Part shown: in pieces, positions 12,301 to 25,407 of the stretch
How positions within the stretch are numbered: position 1 is the first letter of the stretch
Layout of the letters: each line of letters opens with the position of its first letter
Assembly (NCBI GenBank): GCA_951406725.2
Contig: OX597828.1
Coordinates: 40,672,001 to 40,736,000, forward strand
DNA length: 64,000 bases
Direction of reading: 5' to 3'
Source of the DNA: Octopus vulgaris
Lineage: Eukaryota
Position numbers and translations under genes: made by a program
Notes under the pieces: generated by a model
Databases searched by the model: none
Seen by the model: the letters and a program-made list of their open reading frames with translations, nothing else
Told to the model about the DNA's origin: nothing

Positions 12301-15300
12301 TATCGACATCCTCTTTGATCTCTGTCGGCACCCTTTTTCATCTGTGTCGGTTCCCTCTTTGATCTATGTCGGGACCGCCTTTCGTATCTGTCGGCACCCT
12401 CTTTGATCTATGTCGGCATCCTCTTTGATCTATGTCGGTATCCTTTTTGATCTCTGTCAACGCCCTATTTGATCTGTGTGGACACATTCTTTATTCTCTG
12501 TCGGCACCATCTTTGATCTCTGTCGACACTTCTCTTTGATCTCTGTCGGTACTCTTTTTTATCTCTGTCGGTACCCTCTTTGATCTATGTCGGCACCCTC
12601 TTTGATCTATGTCGGTAACCTCATTGATCTATGTCGGCACCCTCTTCGATCACTGTCGGTCCCCTCTTTGATTTCTGTCGGCATCCTATTTGATGCCTCT
12701 CGGCACCCTCTTTCATATATGTCGGTACCCTCTTTGATCTCTGTCGGCAAACCTCTTTGATCTCTCTCGGCATCGTCTTTCATCTTTGTCGGCATCCTCT
12801 TTCATTTCTGACGGCATCCTCTTTGATATTTGTCGACACCATCTTTGATCTATGTAGGCACCCTCTTTAATCTATGTCAGCACCCTCTTTGATCTCTATC
12901 GGTACCCTCTTTGATCTCTGTCACCATCCTCTTTGATCTCTGTCGGCGCCCTTTTTGATCTATGTCGGTACCCTCTTTGATCTTTGTCGGCACCCTCTTT
13001 GATTTCTGTCGACACTTTCTTTGATCTCTTTCGGTACCCTTTTGATCTGTGTCGGCATCCTCTTTGATCTCTATCGGCATCCTCTTTGATCTCTGTCGAC
13101 ACCCTCTTTGATCTCTGTCGGCATCCTCTTTGATGTCAGTCGGCACCCTCTTTGATATATGCCGGTACCCTCTTTGGTATATGTCGGCACCCTCTTTTTC
13201 TAACTTCCTGGAAATTTGGTCGAAAACTTCATGGGAAGTTCCGAGGATTTTCTAAATTCCTGGAAATTTGGTCGAAAACTTCGTGGATAGTTCCGAAGAT
13301 TTTCTAACTTCCTGGAAAATTGGTAGAAATTTTCATGGGAAGTTCCGAGGATTTTCCAAATCCCTGGTTATTTGGTCGAAAACTTCATGGGAAATTCCGA
13401 AGATTTTTCTAACTTCCTGGAAATTTGGTCGAAAACTTCATTGGAAGTTCCGAGGATTTTCTAACTTGCTGGAAATTTGGTCGAAAACTTCAAGGGAAGT
13501 TCCGGGGTTTTTGTAACTTCCTGGAAATTTGGTCGAAAACTTAATGGAAAGTTTCAAGGATTTTCTAACATCCTGGAAATTTGGTCGAAAACTTCATGGG
13601 AAGTTCCGAGGATTTTCTAACTTCCTGGCAATTTGGTCGAAAACTTCATGGGAAGTTCCGAGGATTTTTCTAACTTCCTGGAAATTTGGTCGAAAACTTA
13701 ATGGAAAGTTTCATGGATTTTCTAACATCCTGGAAATTTGGTCGAAAACTTCATGGGAAGTTCCGAGGATTTTCTAAATTCCTAGAAATTTGGTCGAAAA
13801 CTTCGTGGATAGTTCCGAAGATTTTCTAACTTCCTGGAAAATTTGTAGAAATTTTCATGGGAAGTTCCGAGGATTTTCCAAATCCCTGGATATTTGGTCG
13901 AGAACTTCATGGGAAGTTCCGATGATTTTTTTAACTTCCTGGAAATTTGGTCGAAAACTTAATGGAAAGTTTCATGGATTTTCTAACATCCTGGAAATTT
14001 GGTCGATAACTTCATGGGAAGTTCCGAAGATTTTCTAAATTCCTGGAAATTTTGTCGAAAACTTCGTGGATAGTTCCGAAGATTTTCTAACTTCTTGGAA
14101 AATTGGTAGAAATTTTCATGGGAAGTTCCGAGGATTTTCCAAATCCCTGGATATTTGGTCGAAAACTTCATGGCAAATTCCGAAGATTTTTCTAACTTCC
14201 TGGAAATTTGGTCGAAAACTTCATTGGAAGTTCCGAGGATTTTCTAACTTCCTGGAAATTTGGTCGAAAACTTCAAGGGAAGTTCCGGGGATTTTTCTAA
14301 TTTCCTGGAAATTTGGTCGGAAACTTAATGGAAAATTTCAAGGATTTTCTAACGTCCTGGAAATTTGGTCGAAAACTTCATGGGAAGTTCCGAGGATTTT
14401 CTAAATTCCTGGAAATTTGGTCGAAAACTTCGTGGATAGTTCCGAAGATTTTCTAACTTCCTCGAAATTTGGTCGTAAAATTCATGGGAAGTTTCGAGGA
14501 TTCTCTAACTTCCGGGAAATTTGGTCGAAAATTTCAAGGAAAGTTCCGAGGATTGTCGGTATTCTCTTTCATCTATGTCGGCATCCTCTTTGATATCTTT
14601 CGACACCCTCTTTGATCTATATCTGTACCCTCTTTGATCTATGCCGGCACCCTCTTTGATCTCTGTCAGCATCCTCTTTGATCTCTGTAGGCGCACTCTT
14701 TGGTCTATGTTGTTACCCTCTTTGATCTTTGTCGGCACCCTCTTTGATTTCTGTCGACACTTTCTTTGATCTATGTCGGTACCCTCTTTGATCTGTGTCG
14801 GCATCCTCTTTGATCTCTATCGGAATCCCCTTTGATCTCTGTCAACACCCTCTTTGATCTCTGTCGGCATCCACATTGATGTCTGTCGGCACCCTCTTTG
14901 ATATATGCCGGTACCCTCTTGTGGTATGTCGGCATCCTCTTTGATCTATGTCTGCATCCTGTTTGATCTCTTTGCATCATTTTTTATCTATGTCGTCATC
15001 CTCTTTGATCTCTGCCGACACCCTCTTTGATCTCTGTCGGCATCCTCTTTGATCTCTGTCGGCATCCTCTTTGATCTCCTTCGGCACCCTCTTTGATCTC
15101 TGTCGGCATCCTCTTTGATGTCAGTAGGCACCCTCTTTGATCTATGTCGGTACCCTCTTTGATCTGTGTCGGCACCCTCTTTGATCTATGCCGGCATCCT
15201 CCTTGATCTCTGTCGGCATCCTCTTTGATCTATGTCGGCATCCTCTTTGATGTCTGTCGACACCCTCCTTGATCTATGTCGGCATTCTCTTTGATCTATG

Positions 15301-18300
15301 TCGGCACCCTCTTTGATCTATGTCGACATCCTCTTTGATCTCTGTTGGCATCCTCTTTGATCTATGTCGGCATTTTTTATCTCTGTCGGCACCTTCTTTG
15401 ATCTATGTCGGCACCTTTTTTGATCTGAGTCGACACTCATATTTGATCTCTGTCGGCACCCTCTTTGATCTCTGTCGGTACCGTATTTGATCTTTGTCGA
15501 CACACTGATTGATCTCTGTCGGCATCCTCTTTGATCTATGTCGGCACACTCTTTGATCTATGTCGGCACCGTCTTTGATCGCTGTCGACACCGTCTTTGA
15601 TCTCTGTCGACACCGTCTTTGGTCTCTGTCGGCACCGTGTTTGATCCAGACATTCCAGACATTCCTGACATTCCTGACATTCCAGACATTCCAGATGTTC
15701 CAGACATTCCTGATATTCCAGACATTCCAGACATTCCTGACATTCCTGACATTTGAACCGGTTTGATCAGGCTTGATCCAGTTTGCGCCGGTTTGGTCCG
15801 GTTTCAACCGGTTTGTCGGTACCGTCTTTGATCATTGTCGGCACACTCTTTGAACATTCCTGACATTTGAACTCGTTCGATTAGGCCTGATCCGGTTTCA
15901 ACCGGTTTGATCCGGTTTGATCTTTTTAGAACCGGTTTGAACAAGTTTGATCCGGTTTGAACAAGTTTGATCCGGTTTGAACCATTTTGAACCGGTTTGA
16001 TCCGCTCCAAAACCGGTTTGATCCGATTTGTACCGGTTTGTCGGTATCGTCTTTGATCTTTGTCGGCACCGTCTTTGATCTCTGACATTCCTCACATTCT
16101 TCGCATTCCTGACATTCCAGACATTCCTGACATTCCGGGCATTCCTGACATTCCTTGCATTCCAGACATTCCTGACATCCCAGACATTCCTCACATTCCA
16201 GACATTCCAGACATTCCTGATATTCCTGACATTTGAACCGGGTCGATAAGGCTTGATCCAGTTCGAACCGGATTGATCCGGTACTCTCTTTGATCTATGT
16301 TGGCACCCCCTTTATCTCTATCGGCACTCTCTTTGAACTCTGTCGGCACTGTCTTGACCCGGTTTGAACCGGTTTGATCCGGTTTGAATCGGTTTAATCT
16401 GGTTTGAACCGGTTTGAACCAGTTTGAACCGGTTTGATCCGGATTGAACCGGTTTGAGCCGGTTTGTCGGCACCGTCTTTGATCTCTGTCGGCACCCCTT
16501 TCATCTCTGTCGGCAACCCCTTTGATCTCTGTCGGCACTCTCTTTGATCTCTGTCGGCACTCCCTTTGATCTCTGTCGGCACCGTCTTTCATCTCTGTCG
16601 GCACCGTCTTTGAACTTTGAACCGGTTTGATCCGGTCTGACCCGGTTTGAACCGGTTTCATCCGGTTTGAACCGGTTTGAACCGGTCTGGACCGGTTTGA
16701 TCCTGTGTGGAACTGTTTGATCCGGCTTGAACCGGTTTGATCCGGATTGAACCAGTTTGATCCGGATTGAACCGGTTTGAACCGGTTTGTCGGCAACGTC
16801 TTGGATCTCTGTCGGTACCCCTTTGATCTCTGTCGGCAACCCCTTTGATCTATGTCGGCACCCTCTTTGATCTATGGTCGGTACTCTCTTTGATTTCTGC
16901 CGGTACTCCCTTTGATCTCTGTCGGCACCCTCTTTGATCTCTGTCGGCATCCCCTTTGATCTCTGTCGGCACTCTGTTTGATCTCTGTCGGCACCACTTT
17001 GATCTCTGTCGGCTCCCTCTTTGATCTATGGTCGGTACTCTCTTTGATCTCTGTCGGTACTCCCTTTGATCTCTGTCGGCAGCCTCTGTGATCTCTGTCG
17101 ACACTCTCTTGGATCTCTGTCGACACCCTCTTTGATCTCTATGGAATCCTCTTTGATCTATGTCGGCACCCTCTTTGATCTCTGTCGGCACACTCTTTGA
17201 TCCATGTCGACACCCTCTTTGATCTCTGTCGGCTCCCTCTTTGATCTCTGTCGGCACCCTCTCTGATCTATGTCAGTACCCTCTTTGATCTATGTCGGTA
17301 CACTCTTTGATCTATGTCGGCTAAATCTTTGATCTGTGGCAACACTCCTCTTTGATCTCTGTCGGCACCCTCTTTGATCTATGTCGGCACCCTCTTTGAT
17401 CTCTGGCGGCACCCTCTTTGATCTCTGTCGACACCCTCTTTAATCTCTGTCGGCTACCTCAGTAATCTATGTCGGCACATTCTTTGATCTCTGTCGGCAT
17501 CCCCTTTGATCTCTGTCGGCATCCCCTTTGATCTCTGTCGGCATCCCCTTTGATCTAGTCGGCACTCTGTTTGATCTCTGTCGGCACCCCTTTGATCTCT
17601 GTCGGCACTCCCTTTGATCTCTGTCGGCACCCCCTTTGATCTCTGTCGGTACTCCCTTTGATCTCTGTCGGAACCCTCTTTGATCTAAGCCGGCATCCCC
17701 TTTTATCTCTGTCGCCATCACCTTTGATCTATGTCGGCATCCTATTTGATCTCTGTCGGCACTCTATTTGATCTCTGTCGGCACTCCTTTGATCTCTGTC
17801 GGCAACGTCTTTGATCTTTGAACCGGTTTGATACGGTTTGAATCGGTGTGATTCGGTTTGAAGCGGTTTGAACCGGTTTGATCCGGCTTGAACCGGTGTA
17901 AACCGGTTTGAACCGGTTTGATCGGGTTTGAACCGATTTGATTTAGTTTAAACCGGTTTGTCGGCACCGACTTTTATCTCTGTCGGCAACCCCTTTGATC
18001 TCTGTGGGCACTCTCGTTGATCTCTGTCGGCCACCCCTTTGATCTCTGTCGGTACTCTCTCTGATCTCTGTCGGCACTCTGTTTGATCTCTGTCGGCACC
18101 CACTTTTATCTCTGTCGCCATCACCTTTGATCTATGTCGGCATCCCCTTTGATCTCTGCCGGCATCCCCTTTGATCTATGTCGGCATCCTATTTGATCTC
18201 TGTCGGCACTCTATTTGATCTCTGTCGGCACTCCTTTGATCTCTGTCGGCAACGTCTTTGATCTTTGAACCGGTTTGATACGGTTTGATTCGGTTTGTAC

Positions 18301-21300
18301 CGGTTTGTCGGCACCGTCTTTGATCTTTGTCGGCACAGTCTTTGATCTCTGTCGGCACTGACTTTGATCTATGTCGGCACAGTCATTGATCTCTGACATT
18401 CCTGACATTCCAGAAATTCCTGACATTCCAGACATTCCTGACATTCCAGTAATTCCTGACATTCCAGACATTCCTGACATTCCAGAAATTCCTGACATTC
18501 TAGACATTCCTGACATTCCAGACATTCCAGACATGCCGGACATTCCGGACATTCCAGACATTACTGAAATTCCTGAAATTCCAGACATTCCTGACATTCT
18601 TGACATTCCAGACATTCCTGACATTCCAGACATTCCAGACATTCCATTCATTCCAGACATTCCTGACATTCCAGACATTCCAGAAATTCCTGACATTCCA
18701 GAAATTCCTGGCATTCCAGACATTCCAGACCGGTTTGATCCGGTTTGAACCGGTTTGAACCGGTTTGAACCGGTTTGATACGGTTTGATCCGGTTTGAAC
18801 CTGCTTGATCTGGTTTTAACCGATCTCTATCGGCACCGGCTTTGATCTCTGACATTCCTCGCATTTCAAACATTCCTGAAATTTCAGACATTCCTGACAT
18901 TCCTGACATTCCAAACATTCCTGACATTTCAATCATTCCTGAGATTCTAGACATTCCAGACATTCCTGACATTCCTGTCATTCCAGACATTTCTGACATT
19001 CCAGACATTCCAGATATTCCTGACATTCCTTACATTCCTGACACTCCTGAAATTCCAGATATTCCTGACATTCCAAACATTCCAGACATTCCAGAATTCC
19101 TGATATTCCTGACATTTGAAACGGTTAGATCAGGCTTGATCTGGTTTGAACCGGTTTGGACCGGTTTGATCCGGTTTGATCTGGTTTGAACCGCTTTGAT
19201 CCGGTTTGTATCAGTTTGTCGGCACCGTCTTTGGTCTTTTTCGGCACACTCTTTGATCTCGGCACATTCCTGTCGGCACAGTCACTGATCTCTGACATTC
19301 CTGACATTCCAGAAATTCCTGACATTAGAGATATTAATGACATTCCAGACATTCCTGACATTCCAGACATTCCTGACTTTCCAGAAATTCCTTACATTCC
19401 AGACAATCCTGACATTCCAGACATTCCCGACATTCCAGACATTCCAGACATTCCAGATATTCCTGACATTCCAGACATTCCTGAATTTCCAGACTTTCCT
19501 GACATTCCTGACATTCCAGATATTCCTGACATTCCAGACATTCCTGACATACCAGACTTTCCAGACATTTCAGAATTCCTAACATTTGAACCGGTTCGAT
19601 CAGGCTTGATCTGGTTTGAACCGGTTTGATCCCATTTGAACCGGTTTGAACCGGTTTGACCCGGCTTGATCCAGTGGCAACCGGTTTGATCTGGTTTGAA
19701 CCGATCTCTTACGGCACCGACTTTGATCTCTGACATTCCTCACATTCCAAACATTCCTGAAATTTCAAACATTCCAGACATTCCTGACATTCCAGACATT
19801 CCTGTCATTACAGACAATCCTGACATTCCAGACATTCCAGACATTCCAGATATTCCAGACATTCCAGACATTCCTGACATTCCTGAAATTCCAGGCATTC
19901 CTGACATTCCAGACATTCAAGACATTCCAGAATTCCTGACATTCCAGAATTCCTGACATTCCTGTCATTTGAACTGGTTCGATCAGGCTTGATCTGGTTT
20001 GAACCGGTTTGGACCGGTTTGATCCGGTTTGATCTGGTTTGCACATGTTTGTCGGCACCGTCTTTGATCTTTATCGGCACAGTCTTTGATCTCTGTCGGC
20101 ACCGTCTTTGGTCTTTCTCGGCACACTCTTTGGTCTCTGTCGGCACTGGCTTTGATCTCTGTCGGCAGAGCCATTGATCTCTGACATTCCTGATATTTCA
20201 GCAATTCCAGACATTCCAGACATTCCTGACATTTTAGACATTCCTGACATTACAGACATTCCTGACATTCCGGACATTCCAGACATTCCTGACATTCCAG
20301 ACATTCCATTCATTCCAGACATTCCTGGCATTCCAGACATTCCAGATATTCCTGACATTCCACACATTCCACACATTCCTGACTTTCCTGAAATTCCAGA
20401 CATTCCAGGCATCCTTTGATCTCTTTCGGCACTGTCTTTGAACTCTGTCGGCACAGTCATTGATCTCTGACATTCCTGACATTCCAGAAATTCCTGACAT
20501 TCCAGACATTCCTGACATTCCAGACATTCCTGACATTCCAGACATTCCTGACATTCTAGACATTCCTGACATTCCAGTCATTCCAGACATTCCAGATATT
20601 CCTGACATTCCAGACATTCCAGACATTCCTGACATTCCTGATATTCCAGACATTCCTGACATTCCTGACATTGAACCGGTTCGATCAGGCTTCATCCGGT
20701 TTGATCTGGTTTGAACCGGTTTGATCCGGTTTGTACCGGTTTGTCGGCACCGTCTTTGAACTTTGTCGGCACACTCTTTGATCTCTGTCGGCACAGTCTT
20801 TGATCTCTGTCGGCACAGTCATTGATCTCTGACATTCCTGACATTCCAGAAATTCCTGACATTCCAGACATTCCTGACATTCCAGACATTCCTGACATTT
20901 GAACCGGTTCTCTGTCGGCTCACTCTTTGATCTCTATCGGAACCCTCTTTGATCTATATGGTCATCCTCTTTGATCTCTGTCGGCACCCTCTTTGATCTC
21001 TATGGACATCCTCTTTGTTTTCTGTCGGCACCATCTGTGATCTCTGTCGGCACCCTCTTTGATCTCTGCCGGCACCCTCTTTGATCTCTATTGACACCCT
21101 CTTTGATCTCTGTTGGCACCCTATTTGATCTATGTCGGCACCCTCTTTGATCTTTGTCGACATCCTGTTTGATCTCTGTCGGCTCCCTCTTTGATCTCTG
21201 TAGACAGCCTCTTTGATCTCTGTCGGCACGCTCTTTGATCTCTGTCTGCACCCTCTTTGATCTCTGTTGGCACCATCTTTGATCTCTGTCGACACCCTCT

Positions 21301-23981
21301 TCGATCTCTGTCGGCACCCTCTTTATGTCTGTTGGCACCCTCTTTGATCTCTGTCGGCACTCTCTTTGATCTCTGTCGGCACCATCTTTGATCTATGTCG
21401 GTACCTTCTTCGATCTCTCTCGGCGTCATCTTTGATCCCTGTCGGCACACTCTTTGATCTATGTCGGTACCCTCTTTGATCTATATCGGCACCCTCTTTG
21501 ATCTTTGTCGGCACAGTCATTGATCTCTGACATTCCTGACATTCCAGAAATTCCTGACATTCCAGACATTCCTGACATTCCAGACATTCCTGACATTCCA
21601 GACATTCCAGACTTTCCAGATATTACAGACATTCCAGACATTCCTGACATTCCTGACATTCCTGACATTCCAGACATTCCAGACATTCCAGAATTCCTGA
21701 CATTCCTGACATTTGAACTGGTTCGATCAGGCTTGATCTGGTTTGAACCGGTTTGGACCGGTTTGATCCGGTTTGATCTGGTTTGAACCGGTTTGATCCG
21801 GTTTGTACATGTTTGTCGGCACCGTCTTTGATCTTTATCGGCACAGTCTTTGATCTCTGTCGGCACCGTCTTTGGTCTTTCTCGACACACTCTTTGATCT
21901 CTGACATTCCCGACATTCCTGACATTCCAGACATTCCAGACATGCCGGACATTCCGGACATTCCAAACATTCCTGTCATTCCAGACATTCCAGACATTCC
22001 TGACACTCCTGAAATTCCAGACATTCCTGACATTCCAGATATTCCTGACATTCCAGATATTCCTGACATTCTAGACATTCCTGACATTCCTGAAATTCCA
22101 GACATTCCTGACATTCTTTGATCTCTGTCGGCACTGTCTTTGATCTCTGTCGGCACAGTCATTGATCTCTGACATTCCTGACATTCCAGAAATTCCTGAC
22201 ATTCCAGACATTCCTGACATTCCTGAAATTCCAGACATTCCTGACATTCCTGACATTGAACCGGTTCGATCAGCCTTGATCTGGTTTGAACCGGTTTTAA
22301 CCGGTTTGATCCGGTTTGATCTGGTTTGAACCGGTTTGATCCGGTTTGTACCGGTTTGTCGGCACCGTCTTTGATCTTTGTCGGCACACTCTTTGATCTC
22401 TGTCTGCACAGTCTTTGATCTCTGTCGGCACTGTCATTGATCTCTGACATTCCTGACATTCCAGAAATTCCTGACATTCCAGACATTCCTGACATTCCAG
22501 ACATTCCTGACATTCCGGACATTCCAGACTTTCCTGACATTCCTGACATTTGAACCGGTCTTTGATCTCTGTCGGCACCGTCTTTGATCTTTGTCGGCTC
22601 CGTCTTTTGATCTCTGTTATTCCTGACATTCCAGACATTCCTGACATTCCAGACATTCCTGACATTCCAGACATTCCTGACATTCCGGACATTCCGGACA
22701 TTCCAGACATTCCAGACATTCCTGACATTTGAATCGGTTCTCTGTCGGCACCCTCTTTGATCTCTGTCGGCACCCTCTTTGATCTCTGTCGGCTACCTCT
22801 TTGATCTCTGTCGGAACCCTCTTTGATCTATATGGGCATCCTCTTTGATCTCTGTCGGCACCCTCTTTGATCTCTATGGACATCCTCTTTGATTTCTGTC
22901 GGCACCCTCTGTGATCTCTGTCGGCACACTCTTTGATCTCTGTCGGCACCCTCTTTGATCTGTGTCAACACTCCTCTTTGATCTCTGTCGGCACCCTCTT
23001 TGATATCTGTCGACACCCATTTCTATCTCTGTCGACACCCTCTTTGATCTCTGTCGGCACCTTCTTTGATCTCTGCCGGCACCCTCTTTGATCTCTATTG
23101 ACACCCTCTTTGATCTCTGTTGGCACCCTCTTTGATCTTTGTCGACACCCTCTTTGATCTCTGTCGGCACCCTCTTTGATCTCTGTCGGTACCCTCTTTG
23201 ATCTATGTTGGTACCCTCTTTGATCTATGTCGGCACTCTCTTTGATTTATGTCGGCACCCTCTTTGATCTCTGTCGGCACCCTCTTTGATCTATATCGGT
23301 ACCCTCTTTGATCTATGTCGGCACTCTCTTTGATCTCTGTGTGTACCCTCTTTAATCTATGTCGGCACCCTCTTTGATCTCTGTCGGTACCCTCTTTGAT
23401 CTATGTCGGCACCCTCTTTGATCTATGTCGGCACCCTCTTTGATCTATGTCGGCACCCTCTTTGATCTCTGTCGGCACCCTCTTTGATCTCTGTCGGTAC
23501 CCTCTTTGATCTCTGTTGGCACCCTCTTTGATCTATGTCGGTACCCTCTTTGATATATGTCGGTCCCCTATTTAATCTATGTCGGCACCCTCTTTGATCT
23601 ATATCGGCACCCTCTTTGATCTCTGTCGACACCCTCTTCGATATCTGTCGGCACCCTCTTTGATCTCTGTTGGCACCCTCTTTGATCTCTGTCGGCACTC
23701 TCTTTGATCCATGTCGCCACCATCTTTGAACTATGTCGGCACCTTCTTCGATCTCTGTCGGCATCATCTTTGATCTCTGTCGACACCCTCTTGGATCTCT
23801 GTCGGCACCCTCTTTGATCTATGTCGGTACCCTCTTTGATCTATGTCGGCACCCTCTTTGATCTCTGTCGGTACCCTCTTTGATCTATGTCGGCACCCTC
23901 TTTGATCTATGTCAGCATCCTCTTTGATCTCTGTCGGCACCCTCTTTGATCTATATCGGTACCCTCTTTGATCTATGTCGG
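9392..23981. repeat. Composite satellite island 2: 22-mer (9392-9518), 52-mer (9519-12200), 22-mer (12201-13196), 52-mer (13197-14553), 22-mer (14554-15645), cyclic 9/10/22-mer zone (15646-22740), 22-mer (22741-23981)
   Basis: Monomers: 52-bp TTTTCTAACTTCCTGGAAATTTGGTCGAAAACTTCATGGGAAGTTCCGAGGA (period checked at 9601 vs 9653); 10-bp TTTGAWCCGG; 9-bp GACATTCCW; 22-bp as in island 1. Confidence 0.97.
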
Positions 23982-24691
23982 TATCTAGAATATTTTAAGT
24001 AATGCGGCCTCCCTAATTACGAGCCATGTCTTGTGCAACCCGCTTCTCGGAAAAGGTTGCTCAGGTCTGCTTTAGAGAGATCTTGCCTGGCGCTCTAATA
24101 ATTTCTTATACCATCAAAGACGTTGACTGATGCTTGTTGTTTAACCTCCAGTCAGCTCCGATCAAGCAAATATGACATTAGATATAGTTCAGTCACGATC
24201 ACTTTACCTGCACGTATTTCTCAGACTTCCTATACAGTGTTCTTCATTTTGTAAGATCAGGGATATCTTAGCTGCCATTTCTAGCAGATCTGGCAAAAGC
24301 ACAGAAGCTCACACAATGGTTTGTCTTGTTAGTTTATTATTTTAAATGCATTTCTGAAATTGTATTCCACTCAAAGAATCCAGGCATAGTATATCTGGGA
24401 AAGGGATCTTTTCGGTTGAACGATCCTGGGAAAGCATTGTACTATGTGTCCTTCTCTTTTTTCTTTAAAGATGACAGAGCGTAATGTGAAGGAAATTTGG
24501 CTGATATTTCTAGCGAGCTGAGCGACTAAATAAGAGGCTTCCATGTTCTCTCAAATTATTGAGGTTTATAACGGAGGGGAAAATGATATATGACATCCGT
24601 GTTTTTCTCGAAGCCAATGTAGCACAAACTGGTCTTGACAGAACTTATCTTAATAAAAGTCGCTCTGTTGGGGGCCTCTAGGTGATCGTTG
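23982..24691 (+). repeat. Right copy of ~710-bp direct repeat flanking satellite island 2
   Basis: Aligned by eye to 8677-9391. Confidence 0.95.
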
Positions 24692-25297
24692 AACCTGCTA
24701 AAAATAGAAGTCAAGTCTCTCTCAAAACCTATCCTACTGTCTTTTAATGAAATAAGTTTTCTGTTTCTTCCTTCTATCTGTCTCAATTTAGTGCACATCG
24801 TTTTTTCGTATCATTTACACTAAAATCTAAGCAATTAATTCAAAACCAGCTGTGTTTGGATCGGATAATGAAAGGATTATTGTTTGTATATCACCCAGTC
24901 AGCCTTTTTTTAAAGACGATGATAAAATCATATAAAGAAACACGCAAAGTTTAACAACCTTCAACCCCCAAGCTTTCTCTTCTTTCATGTAATTTCAACT
25001 ACCACTGCTAAAAAAATATTAATGCTGTCAAACTATTCATACATTCATTCATTGGATTATTATTCATTCATTCATTTATTCATTGTGATTCAACCAACTT
25101 ATAACAGGGTGGGTGGGCTGCTGGAAGAATTGGAGTGGCTTAGGAATGTGCATTGATTAACACCATATTAACCCTGATCAAGCTGTCATGATGAAAGGCA
25201 TTCCAGCAATGACCATCCTTTCATATTCTCAGACATAGTGCATCTAGGCTCACATACAATATATTCTTCTTTTTATTAAAGTTGGTAGAGTAAGGTT

Positions 25298-25335
<38 letters not shown>

Positions 25336-25364
25336 CTGCTATTTCTAGAAAACCAAGCAGCTAT

Positions 25365-25407
<43 letters not shown>

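Noticed and set aside
4742-23786. Many long repetitive ORFs ((SGM)n, (IPD)n, ECLECQ, PTEIKEGADRDQRGCRQRSKR, VENFMGSSEDF) that resemble collagen-like or Met-rich structural proteins
   Set aside because: They are translations of 9/10/22/52-bp satellites, open in several frames on both strands, with frequent frame-breaking indels and no splice or signal-peptide context.
9392-23981. CRISPR-like appearance of regularly spaced conserved words
   Set aside because: There are no unique spacers (units are contiguous tandem monomers), no cas genes, and the context is eukaryotic.
8677-24691. LTR retrotransposon or LARD interpretation of the direct repeats
   Set aside because: No TG...CA termini, PBS, polypurine tract or 4-6-bp outer TSD was seen, and the two repeat pairs are unrelated to each other.
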